A DNA stretch of 64,000 nt. It comes from a virus. Taxonomy: Duplodnaviria; Caudoviricetes. Of the stretch, positions 10,146 to 20,366 are shown one piece after another. Location of the stretch: IMG/VR virus record IMGVR_UViG_3300020577_007160, positions 64,001 through 128,000 of that record; one strand, 5' to 3'. The position numbers were made by a program, and so were the translations under genes. Within the stretch, counting starts at the first letter, position 1. Each line of letters starts with the position of its first letter. The notes beneath the pieces were generated by a model, which had not been told where the DNA came from, searched no databases, and was given only the letters and a program-made list of their open reading frames with translations.

Positions 10146-10359
10146 CAGTAAAATACCTCTTCAAAATAACCTTATCTTCTGAGGATAATCCTGGAATTAT
10201 CCCTTCGCGGACTATTCGTAAAATCAAAGTTGTAGAAACATTACTTCCAACATTTAAAAGATATGTTGAAACTATATTATAAACATTAGAAGAGTCCCCA
10301 ACACTCAACTTAAATTCTCTTTGAAATTCATTGATCCAAAAATTCCGGTCTCTTATCAT
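10135..10359 (-). CDS. Hypothetical protein
   Basis: 74 aa; ATGA overlap with the recA stop. Confidence 0.6.
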   Translation of the reverse strand: MIRDRNFWINEFQREFKLSVGDSSNVYNIVSTYLLNVGSNVSTTLILRIVREGIIPGLSSEDKVILKRYFTGEN

Positions 10360-11486
10360 ATTTCAGGAGTAGTGACTGCAACAGGTGGTTTATATTGGAG
10401 TAATTCTTGAAATTCATTTACTCTGGTTATGAGATGGCTCAACGGATGAAGACGTTTTAAATTTTCATAAGCATGAAATTTAAAAAAATCAAAAATTGGA
10501 AATCCAGGTAAAGCTGAGAGTTCGTCTAATAAGTCTGATCGAGAACGAACTGATTTCTTTATACCCATGAAGTCTAATTTTATCCAACCTGCTTTCGCAA
10601 AATCAATTCCTGGGATCTGATATTCTGTAGCAACAATGTATTCAATGAGAGAATCTAAAGAATCAAAACCAGTATCAAAATATTGAGATAAATAAACCTT
10701 TTGTTTTTCTGGTGACTGCTTGGATTTCCAAAGAGTCATTGTTGTTTTAAATCCAATGAGTATTTTCTCATTATTTTTATCATAAATAGGAGAACTCTTC
10801 TTCACGTCAATTCTTGCGGAAGCATGATGACGTATCCCATGACCACCAGATGGTTCATATTTCTGGGAAGAATAAATTGAGCCTCCTATGATATCATTGA
10901 CTTGAGAAACTAATAACAAGCAGGAATTTGTCGTTGATAACTCGTTAGAAACCACTCGTAACCATGACCGCAAAAGAATTGGTTTATCAGAATAAACTTT
11001 TGATAAACCTTCCTTACCCTTCACTCGGTCAATTTCTGACGTGGAAGGTGATGCAGAGATAGTATCCCAAATAATTAATATTGGATAATTACTCAGAGAA
11101 GCAATCTTCTCTATTGTTTTCATTATTATTGTTGCGCCTTGTTCAAACGAAGAGAATCTTGGGCGTAGAACTTTACTCGTATCTACGCCTAGAGATCTTG
11201 CTCTCTCTGTATCAAAGGAAGACTCAGACTCTAATAAAAGAACAACACCACCCAATTTCTGGAATTCAGCCATATTTTGGTATGTGAATGTTGTTTTCCC
11301 AGCACTCTCTTCTCCATAGAGTTCATAGATTTTACCAAGAAAATAACCACCACCAAGTATAACATCCATTGCGCCCACACCAGTAGATATTGCACTATTA
11401 CAATGCAAATCCCCTTCCTCGTTTTCGGGCTTTAATTCTATCTTACTTGTCTTAAAATGACCTGAAATTTCTTCTATTATATCCAT
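10356..11486 (-). CDS. recA: RecA/UvsX recombinase
   Basis: ISTG..MD.ILGGG, Walker A GEESAGKTT, IIWDTI, GGHGIRHHASARI. Confidence 0.92.
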   Translation of the reverse strand: MDIIEEISGHFKTSKIELKPENEEGDLHCNSAISTGVGAMDVILGGGYFLGKIYELYGEESAGKTTFTYQNMAEFQKLGGVVLLLESESSFDTERARSLGVDTSKVLRPRFSSFEQGATIIMKTIEKIASLSNYPILIIWDTISASPSTSEIDRVKGKEGLSKVYSDKPILLRSWLRVVSNELSTTNSCLLLVSQVNDIIGGSIYSSQKYEPSGGHGIRHHASARIDVKKSSPIYDKNNEKILIGFKTTMTLWKSKQSPEKQKVYLSQYFDTGFDSLDSLIEYIVATEYQIPGIDFAKAGWIKLDFMGIKKSVRSRSDLLDELSALPGFPIFDFFKFHAYENLKRLHPLSHLITRVNEFQELLQYKPPVAVTTPEI

Positions 11487-11495
11487 CTTATTTTA

Positions 11496-12578
11496 TTAAC
11501 CCTTCTTTATTTTCTCAGCACATTGAATTTCATAAACACAAATCTGACAAATCATTTCTTTGGGATTAAAAATGTCTTTATTTCCAAAACACTCTGGTGC
11601 GTCCTTTGGTAAGGATGACTTGACTGGAGCTACTGTTGGCGGATCAACAGTAGAAGTCACTACTGGTGCTGTTGGTTGCGGTGATGATTGCACCACTGGT
11701 AACTCCAGTGCAGGAGTCGTTGGAACTGATGTTGGTTCTGATTGCTCGCTAACCTGCACCGAAGGTGGTGCTTGAGGTGCAACTGGTATTGAAGGTGCTG
11801 GCATCGGTGCGGAAGCAAAAGTCTTACCAACCAGATTAAAATTTTCTAATAATCTATTCCGATATAATTCTGCTGATTCTTTTATTTTCTCAAATACTTG
11901 AGCACTCGGATATGCAAACACAGCATCGAGATCCGGAAGATCTTTCAGAAACTCTTCAATTTCATCAGTATTGGTTATTATTGGAGAAGTTGTTGGTACA
12001 ACGTCCCGATCATATGTTGTCTTTTTATTGACTTCATTTCTTGTTATTTTGAGATCTCTTCCATTCAAAGGATCAGTAATATCCCCAAAATCTGGATCCA
12101 TTAATTTTGACCATATCCATGCTTTCATTGTTGGTGGAAAATTTCCAATATGAATAACCTTTGGATCAACTTCAGGAAAATTAGTACTACTCCGCACCAG
12201 AACATTCATGTAGTAACGATGAACTGGATTTGCTTTCCAAGCATCAAATGCAAACTTTTTACCCCTTTCAGAAAGATAATCAATTTCCCGAATTACTTTC
12301 ATTATTGGGCATTCCACTCCTTTTTCTGGGAACATTTTTTCAACGCAAAAATGATTCGCAGTTTTGCTAGGATCTAATGTTGGTAATTTAAAAAATTGAA
12401 AAACATCTTTTCCAAAGTCGCCCCGTTGCGAATATGGAGGAAGTACTCGTATTCTATGAAGCCCCACCTTATCAGGACTAAACCATTTATAGGTTTTTCT
12501 TTGAGATGAATCTTTTGATTCATATTTATTTTGATTTTCAACAATGACTTTTCCTAAGTCAAGATTCGGCTTAAACAT
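11496..12578 (-). CDS. gp32-like single-stranded DNA-binding protein
   Basis: IRVLPP, CPI, YYMNVLVR and DITDPLNGRDLKITR motifs; position next to recA; Pro-rich linker and C-terminal Cys cluster. Confidence 0.75.
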   Translation of the reverse strand: MFKPNLDLGKVIVENQNKYESKDSSQRKTYKWFSPDKVGLHRIRVLPPYSQRGDFGKDVFQFFKLPTLDPSKTANHFCVEKMFPEKGVECPIMKVIREIDYLSERGKKFAFDAWKANPVHRYYMNVLVRSSTNFPEVDPKVIHIGNFPPTMKAWIWSKLMDPDFGDITDPLNGRDLKITRNEVNKKTTYDRDVVPTTSPIITNTDEIEEFLKDLPDLDAVFAYPSAQVFEKIKESAELYRNRLLENFNLVGKTFASAPMPAPSIPVAPQAPPSVQVSEQSEPTSVPTTPALELPVVQSSPQPTAPVVTSTVDPPTVAPVKSSLPKDAPECFGNKDIFNPKEMICQICVYEIQCAEKIKKG

Positions 12579-12616
12579 GGATTAATCCTAAAATGTAAGA
12601 TGTATAATTATGAGTA

Positions 12617-12640
12617 ATGAACGTTTCAGATTGAATTAAG
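12617..12640 (-). promoter_or_regulatory. Putative promoter (..TTAAT-TCAATCTGAAA-CGTTCAT)
   Basis: 18 bp (TCAATCTGAAACGTTCAT) identical to 16671-16688; upstream of the SSB/recA operon. Confidence 0.6.
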
Positions 12641-14456
12641 ATAATTCGGTTATTCCGTTTATTTTTGTTAAGTTTATCTGGTTATCAAAATATTCGTAGG
12701 GTAAGTCTGGAATATGACTTATGATATAAACACAAAAATCTTTGTAATTTTCTCGAACTAAAGAAAGAACATTGAGAATACCTTCCCTGTCCAAAGAATC
12801 AAATATTTCATCAAGTACAAGAATGTTAGCATTAAGATTAGATATATTGAAAATTAAATCTCGTATTGATAGTTGAATTAAAATATCTATTCTCCGAGAC
12901 TGACCACCGGAACAATCAGTATAATCAAATATATTCCCCATGGAATCTTCTAACTCTATTGAAATTTTAGAAGACTCTAAGGTTTCCCCTTTGAATATTA
13001 ATCGAGCTACAGCATTGGAAAATAGAAACTGAGAATATTCTTCTAAAGAAGAATTTAATGCTTCAATATCCTGAGCTATAATGTAAGAACGTATTCCTCG
13101 TGGAGAAAATATTTTATCGAGTTCCTTATAAATTAAGGAATTTTTACTGAGAATAGTAGAAGAGTTTTCTAATTCAGAAATTACTTTTTTTAAGTTTTTA
13201 ATTTTTAAGGATAAATCCTCTATGGAAGATTCTGATGTTTCTAATTTTTGAAGTATTAATTGGCGGTTTCTTTCATAAGTAGATTCAATCTCTTGAATCT
13301 GCCTTTTCGTTGCTTCTTCACTAGTAATCAATGTAGTAATTGTACTATCAATTAATGAGTTTTTCTGATATAAATTTTGTATAAAATTATTTAATTCTTG
13401 ATATTGTTCTTCTTGTTCTTGGACAAGAGATTGTATTTGAGTTCTTTGAACTTGTAATTCTTCTAACTTAAGAGTTAAATCATTAATTTTATCTTTATAA
13501 AAATCTTGCGTATTCTTCCCACATATCTTGCATTCCCCATTAGGAATATACTTTAATTCATATTCGATATTTTGAAAAGATTGTTGTATTGTATCAAATT
13601 GTTTTTTATCCTTGTTTCTTTTTGGTTCTAAGTCCAAAAGAAGTTTCTTATTAGATTGAAGATGTTCATTGATATTTTCTTTTTTCTTTGAAAAAAGATT
13701 TTTCTGTGATTGATATTCTGTTAGGGCTTCGGACAATCCCTGAACTCTCGAAAGATCGGGTTTTAATTCTTGGAGTTTTACAGAATATTCTTGTATTAAA
13801 ATTTTATTATTTTGTATATCATTTTCTAATGATGGGATGTTTTCTTCTGAATAGATTTTAATCTTTGATTGTAATTGTGTTAATTCTTTGGTTATTGTTA
13901 AATCTTTTTTTGATGCTATTTCTCGTGCCTTATCCCAGACTTCAACATTACGAATTTTCTCTAAAAGTAATCTACGTTCGGTTTCTGTGAGAAGAGAAAA
14001 TCTTGAATTGAATCCCTGAGTTAAAAATATTGTAGAATCAAATAGATCTTTTGATATTCCTAATAATCTAAATATGAAATTCTGATTCTCTTTCATTCGC
14101 TTCAATGAAACATCTTTTCCATCAGAAAATATTTTAATACTGTCTTCAAATATGGAATGCTTCCTGTAACGAATTATAGTATAATTTTCAGTATTAGAAT
14201 CAAAATTAAGTTCAACAGAAGTATCACCTCCAGATTGGCGATTGACAATTGAATCTGCAGTTTTTCCTCTTGAGGTTTCCCCGTAAAGAGCCCACATTAC
14301 TGCATCAAATAATGAGGACTTTCCACTTCCATTTGAAGTGGATTTAGTATCATCTAAATTGATACCTCTAACAAAAGTTATACCTTTTGTGAATTGTAAG
14401 GTAATGTCTTCAATTGAAAGAAAATTCTTTATACTAATGTACTTAAATTCTATCAT
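12636..14456 (-). CDS. sbcC: SbcC/Rad50/gp46-like ATPase
   Basis: NFLS, SNGSGKSSLFD, coiled coils with CKIC zinc hook, SGGQ signature, LVLDE, ISH. Confidence 0.92.
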   Translation of the reverse strand: MIEFKYISIKNFLSIEDITLQFTKGITFVRGINLDDTKSTSNGSGKSSLFDAVMWALYGETSRGKTADSIVNRQSGGDTSVELNFDSNTENYTIIRYRKHSIFEDSIKIFSDGKDVSLKRMKENQNFIFRLLGISKDLFDSTIFLTQGFNSRFSLLTETERRLLLEKIRNVEVWDKAREIASKKDLTITKELTQLQSKIKIYSEENIPSLENDIQNNKILIQEYSVKLQELKPDLSRVQGLSEALTEYQSQKNLFSKKKENINEHLQSNKKLLLDLEPKRNKDKKQFDTIQQSFQNIEYELKYIPNGECKICGKNTQDFYKDKINDLTLKLEELQVQRTQIQSLVQEQEEQYQELNNFIQNLYQKNSLIDSTITTLITSEEATKRQIQEIESTYERNRQLILQKLETSESSIEDLSLKIKNLKKVISELENSSTILSKNSLIYKELDKIFSPRGIRSYIIAQDIEALNSSLEEYSQFLFSNAVARLIFKGETLESSKISIELEDSMGNIFDYTDCSGGQSRRIDILIQLSIRDLIFNISNLNANILVLDEIFDSLDREGILNVLSLVRENYKDFCVYIISHIPDLPYEYFDNQINLTKINGITELS

Positions 14457-15405
14457 AAAATAATTTATTAATATTTTGACTCAACATTGCAGAAGAAAAA
14501 CTATAAAATTCATATCTTTGAATAATATCATTTATCTCATTTTGAGAATAGTCTAATCTTTCTAAAATTTTAGTTTTTATTCTTGTGCGGGAATCAAGAT
14601 CAAAATTTACTTTCGATAAGTCTACAAGTTCAAGATTGAGTTTCAAACGAGAAATAACTTCATCAGTTCCTAACAATTTACCCTTTCCCTTTTGCATAGT
14701 AGACCAAGACTGAATGGATTCGATGGTAGGGGTGGATAACTCAGAAAGCATCTTCTTAACCGATACCTGCCCGAATCCCTTCAATACGGAAGGGATATTA
14801 TCATGACCACCCAAAATAGATAAATATAAGCAATGATGTTTCGGGGATTCTACTTCGAGAACTTCTCGAAAGTTTTCAAGAGAGATATATTCTTGTTTTG
14901 TTGCTCGAAAAATATCAACATCATCTTTGACTAATTGACACCAGTCATAATCATCACTCACAAGAATCTTCTTCTTGTTTTCTAAATTCATACGAGAAAT
15001 GAAACCCGCTAAGTCATCTGCTTCATAAGAGTTTTCCCACAAAACTTTAATACCTAATTTTGGTAAAATTGATTTAACTAAATCTTTTTGTTCCTTATAA
15101 AATTCACCCATACTACAACCAAGAATCTCGTCATGTTGATTCCACGTATCATCGGGTTTTTCTGGTCTTAATTTATAATTTTCATCTATTGCTAGTCGAA
15201 AACTCTTTCCCGTAGAAAGAAGAAAATAAACCTCAACAATATTATGTTGAGATAAGGAATCCAATATTCCGAATAAAGAATTCAATACACCATAAAGTAT
15301 TCCAGTTCTTACTCCGTCTTTTGTCCTAAATTCTCTTAATTTAGGGACATAAATACAACGATGAAGATACATATCACCATCAATTAAGAGAACTCCCTGC
15401 TTCAT
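14443..15405 (-). CDS. 5'-3' exonuclease / phage RNase H (FEN-like)
   Basis: LLIDG, YK..R, YEADD, VSDDYDWCQL, DNIP..GFG. Confidence 0.88.
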   Translation of the reverse strand: MKQGVLLIDGDMYLHRCIYVPKLREFRTKDGVRTGILYGVLNSLFGILDSLSQHNIVEVYFLLSTGKSFRLAIDENYKLRPEKPDDTWNQHDEILGCSMGEFYKEQKDLVKSILPKLGIKVLWENSYEADDLAGFISRMNLENKKKILVSDDYDWCQLVKDDVDIFRATKQEYISLENFREVLEVESPKHHCLYLSILGGHDNIPSVLKGFGQVSVKKMLSELSTPTIESIQSWSTMQKGKGKLLGTDEVISRLKLNLELVDLSKVNFDLDSRTRIKTKILERLDYSQNEINDIIQRYEFYSFSSAMLSQNINKLFYDRI

Positions 15406-16444
15406 TTATGCATCCCTTCCCGTACAATAATAAGTCTTCAACATCAGATTTAATATCTATATTCTTTAAATAATGCTCAAATAATTCATTATTTGTCAAT
15501 GAAGTAAATTTAACAACATCCTTTTGTTTATCTTTTTTAATTGAAACTAATTTCTCGGTTCTGTACCCAAGAAACCTTTTGAGTTCAATCTGAACTTCAT
15601 TTATTTCTTCTACAGTATTAGCAGCATAATAAACATAAGAATTATCAGACAATTTATCAAGATCATATCTTGAATAAACTCTAACTAACTTAGGAGAAAT
15701 TTTATTAGGTATTAAAGTGAAATCTAAAGTTTCTGAATCTATGATATAGATTCCACGTTGAATCGCTAATTCTGGTTCATCAATATTTACTTGAAGTAAT
15801 GATCCTGGGAATACTATATTCCCTAATATTTGAGGTATGTGGTGGTGGCCATTAAAAACTAATCCAAAAGATTTAACCTGAGCAGTTAAATCAACATATT
15901 CGGATTCTTCTAAAGATTGATTAGATTTTTTAAAATACTTATAATATCCACCTTTAAGAGATAAATGCCCAAAAAATATAGACTTCTCTTTGTTGGTTAA
16001 TATAGATTCAGGCAAAGAAAACTTATCTTTACTAAAGTAATAGGGACAAAATACTAAGTTTTCTGATTTTAATAAATCTTTTACTACAATGGTATTTGGG
16101 TAATCATTTAAGAAATCAATTATAGATACTTCTCTATTTTCTGAAATAAAATCATGATTCCCTAATAAGATATAATGCACCGCATTAATAGAATTACAAG
16201 ATTCACATAATCGTTTTAACATTGAAAATGATGTTGTCACCGTATGAGAATCCAAAGAATTCATTGAATGATAAATATCCCCACCACAAACAACAATATC
16301 GGGTTTATGGTGTTCTATTTGTTCAATGACAAATTCTAATGCTTCACAAGTATGGTCTAATAAATTAGAGTGACCATTTTTAGATATCTTAAAAAAGTCA
16401 CCATTATATCGAAAATGAATATCAGTATAAAAAAGTATTTTCAT
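15380..16444 (-). CDS. sbcD: SbcD/Mre11/gp47-like metallophosphoesterase nuclease
   Basis: TDIH, GGDIYH, GNHD, GHL, NGHHH, PGS; start placed at MKILFYTD. Confidence 0.9.
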   Translation of the reverse strand: MKILFYTDIHFRYNGDFFKISKNGHSNLLDHTCEALEFVIEQIEHHKPDIVVCGGDIYHSMNSLDSHTVTTSFSMLKRLCESCNSINAVHYILLGNHDFISENREVSIIDFLNDYPNTIVVKDLLKSENLVFCPYYFSKDKFSLPESILTNKEKSIFFGHLSLKGGYYKYFKKSNQSLEESEYVDLTAQVKSFGLVFNGHHHIPQILGNIVFPGSLLQVNIDEPELAIQRGIYIIDSETLDFTLIPNKISPKLVRVYSRYDLDKLSDNSYVYYAANTVEEINEVQIELKRFLGYRTEKLVSIKKDKQKDVVKFTSLTNNELFEHYLKNIDIKSDVEDLLLYGKGCINEAGSSLN

Positions 16445-16664
16445 CAATATCAAAATTATTTAGTAACACTTCGTAAACATAATCTAAATCAAATCCAAGA
16501 GATTTAATAAATCCAAAAACAGTATTCAAAGAATAACACAAAGAATTTGGAATACTAAAATACCATTGATATTCTTCAAAAGAGTAATAACTAATATTTA
16601 GTATATTAAATAACTTAATTAGTTGTTCGGTATTCAAATAATATGTTGTATTAAATATACTCAT
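16422..16664 (-). CDS. Hypothetical protein
   Basis: 80 aa; first gene after the promoter motif. Confidence 0.5.
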   Translation of the reverse strand: MSIFNTTYYLNTEQLIKLFNILNISYYSFEEYQWYFSIPNSLCYSLNTVFGFIKSLGFDLDYVYEVLLNNFDIDENTFLY

Positions 16665-16670
16665 GTTCCT

Positions 16671-16694
16671 ATGAACGTTTCAGATTGATTAAAA
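16671..16694 (-). promoter_or_regulatory. Putative promoter TTTTAA-N11-CGTTCAT
   Basis: Motif copy immediately after a terminator, heading the nuclease operon. Confidence 0.6.
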
Positions 16695-16719
16695 TAAAAA
16701 TGCCCACCAATGGTGGGCA
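16691..16719 (-). terminator. Rho-independent terminator
   Basis: TGCCCACCA/TGGTGGGCA stem plus TTTTTATTTT on the minus strand. Confidence 0.8.
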
Positions 16720-16743
16720 AATCTAGAGAAGATATTCTGAGAA

Positions 16744-17163
16744 TTAACGAATCAAATCCATATTCAACGGAACATCATAATTATTTTTAGTGTAGTGATT
16801 ACGGGTAGTTTTTATTCCGTATTGTATGGATCGAACATCAATAGTATCCCTCGTTACTGTTCCATCTGAATCTACCCAAATATAACCAAAAACCCTAGGA
16901 CTTCCATTTCCTGTATTGAAAACATTCTCACAAGAAACTCTGTATTTTGAAACTCGAGAATTTGAAGACTCTTCCGAAAAGTTAATAGTTCCTAAGTATT
17001 CTGCAAATCTTATATTATTACCATTAATAATCTCGTCTTTGAAATATTCATAAAGTTCTTCCCCACATTCCCCCCTTGTACAACGGTACGCACGTGAAGT
17101 ACTAGATTCTTTAACAAGAACTTTTTCTTCTAACCTTAATATTCTTCTTTCGATTGAATTCAT
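16744..17163 (-). CDS. Tagged hypothetical protein (paralog of 60378..60809)
   Basis: MNSIERRILRLEEKVLVKES; AEYLG...GNGS.R.FG.IW.D.DG shared with 60378. Confidence 0.78.
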   Translation of the reverse strand: MNSIERRILRLEEKVLVKESSTSRAYRCTRGECGEELYEYFKDEIINGNNIRFAEYLGTINFSEESSNSRVSKYRVSCENVFNTGNGSPRVFGYIWVDSDGTVTRDTIDVRSIQYGIKTTRNHYTKNNYDVPLNMDLIR

Positions 17164-17170
17164 TTGATTT

Positions 17171-17205
17171 TCCTTTTATTAGTTGAATTGAAAACTATAC
17201 AACTA
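17171..17205 (-). promoter_or_regulatory. Conserved leader variant TAGTTGTATAGTTTT...ATAAAAGGA
   Basis: Matches the leaders at 2500-2533 and 43040-43076. Confidence 0.45.
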
Positions 17206-17214
17206 ATATATATA

Positions 17215-18033
17215 TTACCATTTTAAATTAGAACCAAAATCAAAATAATGCCTATCTAATTTATATTTAAATTTCATTCTATCAATTATATTAAAATACT
17301 TTTGTTTTTCAGTACAAGCAGGATTAATTATATTATTCGGTTCTCCATAACTAGTCTTCATCATATAATAAACCTTTCCGAGAACTTTTTGACCAAATCT
17401 ATCAAATTTCACATTAAGAAATTCATCCAATGGAGCATTAAAATTAGAACCTTCATAGAGTTTTTCTACTTCACTTATGAAGTTCTTTGACAAACCTACC
17501 GAACGTAAATATCCAGATATAGTAACACTCTCGAATTCAGTTGGAATTGCATTGTCTCTCAAAATAATAAGAGTCTCAATTATTGATTCTAAATTCTGCA
17601 ATTCAAATGGTTCATTAAATCTTATATCTTGAAAGAATTGTTCAATGTCCCGCTTGAGTGATAATACATTAGCACTATGAATCTTGATTGGTAACGTTAC
17701 TTTTGATTCAGATAATTGATTTTTTGATTCTCTGAAATTTCGCTTATTCCAAATAATATCATAGAATTTATCAACACAATACCCTTCTGGAGAAATGCCT
17801 TCAGTTATTCCTGGAATAATTACATCTTCGTAATCTTCAAGAAGTTGAGATAAAAATGGTTCAAATTCATTTCTGGGGTCAGTACCTTCATAAAGTTTTT
17901 CTATAATTGCCTTTACCTTTTGAACATAATCAAAAGCAATATCATTATACTTCTTCATATCAGAAACAAGAAGTTTCTCTCTTTGGGAAACTTCTTGTGA
18001 ATTCAAATCAAATTCTCTTAACCGTCTTTTCAT
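17215..18033 (-). CDS. Hypothetical protein (MKRRLRE start, internal xxES sites)
   Basis: 272-aa ORF; FRES and LSES motifs. Confidence 0.7.
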   Translation of the reverse strand: MKRRLREFDLNSQEVSQREKLLVSDMKKYNDIAFDYVQKVKAIIEKLYEGTDPRNEFEPFLSQLLEDYEDVIIPGITEGISPEGYCVDKFYDIIWNKRNFRESKNQLSESKVTLPIKIHSANVLSLKRDIEQFFQDIRFNEPFELQNLESIIETLIILRDNAIPTEFESVTISGYLRSVGLSKNFISEVEKLYEGSNFNAPLDEFLNVKFDRFGQKVLGKVYYMMKTSYGEPNNIINPACTEKQKYFNIIDRMKFKYKLDRHYFDFGSNLKW

Positions 18034-18103
18034 AATATGAAAAATTTAATATTTAGTATTAGAACCGAGACCTAATCCACTAATTGATTTACACAATATC
18101 ATT

Positions 18104-18483
18104 TTAAGTCTCTATATCATCCTCAAATTGACTCGCATAATACCATTCTAATTCTCTTTTATTTTCCATCTTTTTTAGCCATTTATACTCTAATCCTGTG
18201 TACTTCTTTATAAATTTGGCTTCCTGATCATATAAATCAACATCTACCGCATTAATAGATTTTCCATTAATCTTTATCCACTGGTCTAATCCTAAATGAA
18301 CTATAAAAGACTTACCACGATATTTAAAAGAATATTCTGTATATCCATAACGATCATAACCTGACCCATGAGATCCATTTTTTACCTTAAAATCTAAAAA
18401 TAAATTATCATTGGATTCTCCAAGTATACATTCTTCTAATTTTTCAATACGCTCTAGAAGAGAGAGAGAGATTGGTGTTTCAT
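18104..18483 (-). pseudogene. Tagged gene frameshifted at a (CT)6 run (phase-OFF or recoded; 125 aa if one CT is removed)
   Basis: AAGGA SD, then ATG AAA CAC CAA TCT CTC TCT CTC TTC TAG. The shifted frame reads LLERIEKLEECILGES... and stays open to TAA at 18104. Confidence 0.8.
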
Positions 18484-18495
18484 TATTATTATTCC

Positions 18496-18777
18496 TTATT
18501 GTTTTATATAATGTTTATCCCTAGCAGAACTAGGAAAAGAACTTAATTTTCGTCCTATTTTATTAAAGAGTTCAACATAAACACAACCTTGTTCTTCCCA
18601 ATCAGAAAATGCTTTAGTGCTTGTATCATATTTTTTCTTTAATGGCTTCCTATCCATAAAATAGATAATAGCATAATTCCCAGAATTAGATTCGATTAGC
18701 TTACTTTCCACCCCAACTTTTCTTTCCAATCTATCTATTCTTTCCACTAAAGAAAGACTTGAATTTGAAAATTTCAT
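18496..18777 (-). CDS. Tagged hypothetical protein
   Basis: SLSLVERIDRLERKVGVESKLIES. Confidence 0.75.
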   Translation of the reverse strand: MKFSNSSLSLVERIDRLERKVGVESKLIESNSGNYAIIYFMDRKPLKKKYDTSTKAFSDWEEQGCVYVELFNKIGRKLSSFPSSARDKHYIKQ

Positions 18778-18792
18778 TCAGTACCTAAATGC

Positions 18793-19659
18793 TCATTGTT
18801 GTATATAATAAAATTCAACTGTCAATCCAGCATTATTCCATGACAATAATCTTATATATTTTACTGGATTTATTGTTGCTGTTTTATAAGAACCAGAACT
18901 AACCGTCACAGTACTTGATTCAACATATGTTAAATCATCATCAGACTCCATGATTCGAACAACAATACTTCCACCAGTAGCATTATACAAAGATATTAAA
19001 TTATAGTATTCTTGATTACTCTTAACATAAAAATCATTATAGGTAGAATTCCGATGCTTATAATCACAAGTCAATGCAGCAGAAGTATCTGGTGGTTGAA
19101 TAAAGAACAGAAGAAATGTTCCATCAGTATAATTGATATATCCATCCGCAACTTTCTGATGGATTAATTCTCTGTTTTTATTGTCAGTAATTGATATCTG
19201 AGTAGATAAAAAATTAATCTTAAATGTCACTGTTCCTGGGACAATTTTTCCTTGTGCTAATTTTCCTCGGAACTTCGTGACATTGGCTGCACCAGAGAGT
19301 CCTGTTGATTCTGCTGTTACCTGTGTTGGACTCGCAACAACATACGTGTAATTGACAGTGATGTTCGTTGAGTTGTCGGGTGCGGTTGTATAGGTTAAAT
19401 CCCAGATACCTGTAGTGTAATTGATTGTACCCGTTACTCCTGTTCCGGTTAGTGTTCCAGAACCGTTATCAGTAGCAGTAACCGGAGACGCTGCAATAGT
19501 TGCAGTAAATGTTATGGTAGAAACCTGAATAGAGCCATGAGCAAGAGTTCCTGAAAATATCTTCAACGTTCCATTAGGAGAAGATGATGCAACTTCAGAA
19601 CTAACAGCTGTTCCAGCTGCATATGAACTTGTCGTTATGGCTTTTATTCGTGACGGCAT
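18793..19659 (-). CDS. Putative virion structural protein with two GxINYxTG beta-sandwich modules
   Basis: Thr/Gly/Ser-rich; TDNGSGTL.GTGVTGTINYTTG; paralog of 20363..21211. Confidence 0.65.
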   Translation of the reverse strand: MPSRIKAITTSSYAAGTAVSSEVASSSPNGTLKIFSGTLAHGSIQVSTITFTATIAASPVTATDNGSGTLTGTGVTGTINYTTGIWDLTYTTAPDNSTNITVNYTYVVASPTQVTAESTGLSGAANVTKFRGKLAQGKIVPGTVTFKINFLSTQISITDNKNRELIHQKVADGYINYTDGTFLLFFIQPPDTSAALTCDYKHRNSTYNDFYVKSNQEYYNLISLYNATGGSIVVRIMESDDDLTYVESSTVTVSSGSYKTATINPVKYIRLLSWNNAGLTVEFYYIQQ

Positions 19660-19661
19660 TT

Positions 19662-20069
19662 TTATCTTATATCCTCAATTTCCGTTACCCATTTTGGAAA
19701 ACCAACAAATGGGTCATCCTTACAATAAAGTGTGTAACTATTCCCGTTAGTTCCTCCAGAACCAACATATCTCCAATACCAATGAACATCAGCACAATAC
19801 ATTTTTTTGAGACCCAAAAAAGATTTATAATCTCTAATATACGTCTTTACTTCTAAAACTAATTCTGAAAATAAAGAAGCACATATACCAAGACGCTCTT
19901 CTTTGTAGGTTCTCTTAAAAGTATAAACATCGTCTTCTGAATAATCAGCTTTTTTCAAAATAGTCATTAGATTATTATCAAAATCTAAGAATTTTGCACT
20001 CTCTTCATTCAGCTTCTTTGAAGAAACTTTTTCTTCCAATCTTGATATTCTTCTTTCTATTGAATTCAT
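19662..20069 (-). CDS. Tagged hypothetical protein
   Basis: Start at ATG 20069: MNSIERRISRLEEKVSSKKLNEES. Confidence 0.75.
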   Translation of the reverse strand: MNSIERRISRLEEKVSSKKLNEESAKFLDFDNNLMTILKKADYSEDDVYTFKRTYKEERLGICASLFSELVLEVKTYIRDYKSFLGLKKMYCADVHWYWRYVGSGGTNGNSYTLYCKDDPFVGFPKWVTEIEDIR

Positions 20070-20084
20070 TTTTATACTTTTCAA

Positions 20085-20366
20085 TTAATAATTGTAAATG
20101 TTTTCTTCTAACTCATCTTTCAAAGATTCAAATTTTACTCCAAGTCTTCTCAAAATATCTTTTAACTCATTTATTGAATTCGTGAGTTGTCTTTTATACC
20201 TGTTATTCAATTCAGATTCAATATCCAGAATACTTGATTCTTCTAAACTATCCAATTTAGATAGCAAAATATCATAATATCTTAAAAAATAATCTAACTC
20301 AGTTAAAACTGAATTTTTAGATTTTTCAAGATCTCGTGTAAATTCTTCAGCTTCCCGTCTTTTCAC
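20085..20366 (-). CDS. Hypothetical acidic helical protein
   Basis: Probable GTG start overlapping the upstream stop (GTGA): MKRREAEEF. Confidence 0.55.
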   Translation of the reverse strand: MKRREAEEFTRDLEKSKNSVLTELDYFLRYYDILLSKLDSLEESSILDIESELNNRYKRQLTNSINELKDILRRLGVKFESLKDELEENIYNY

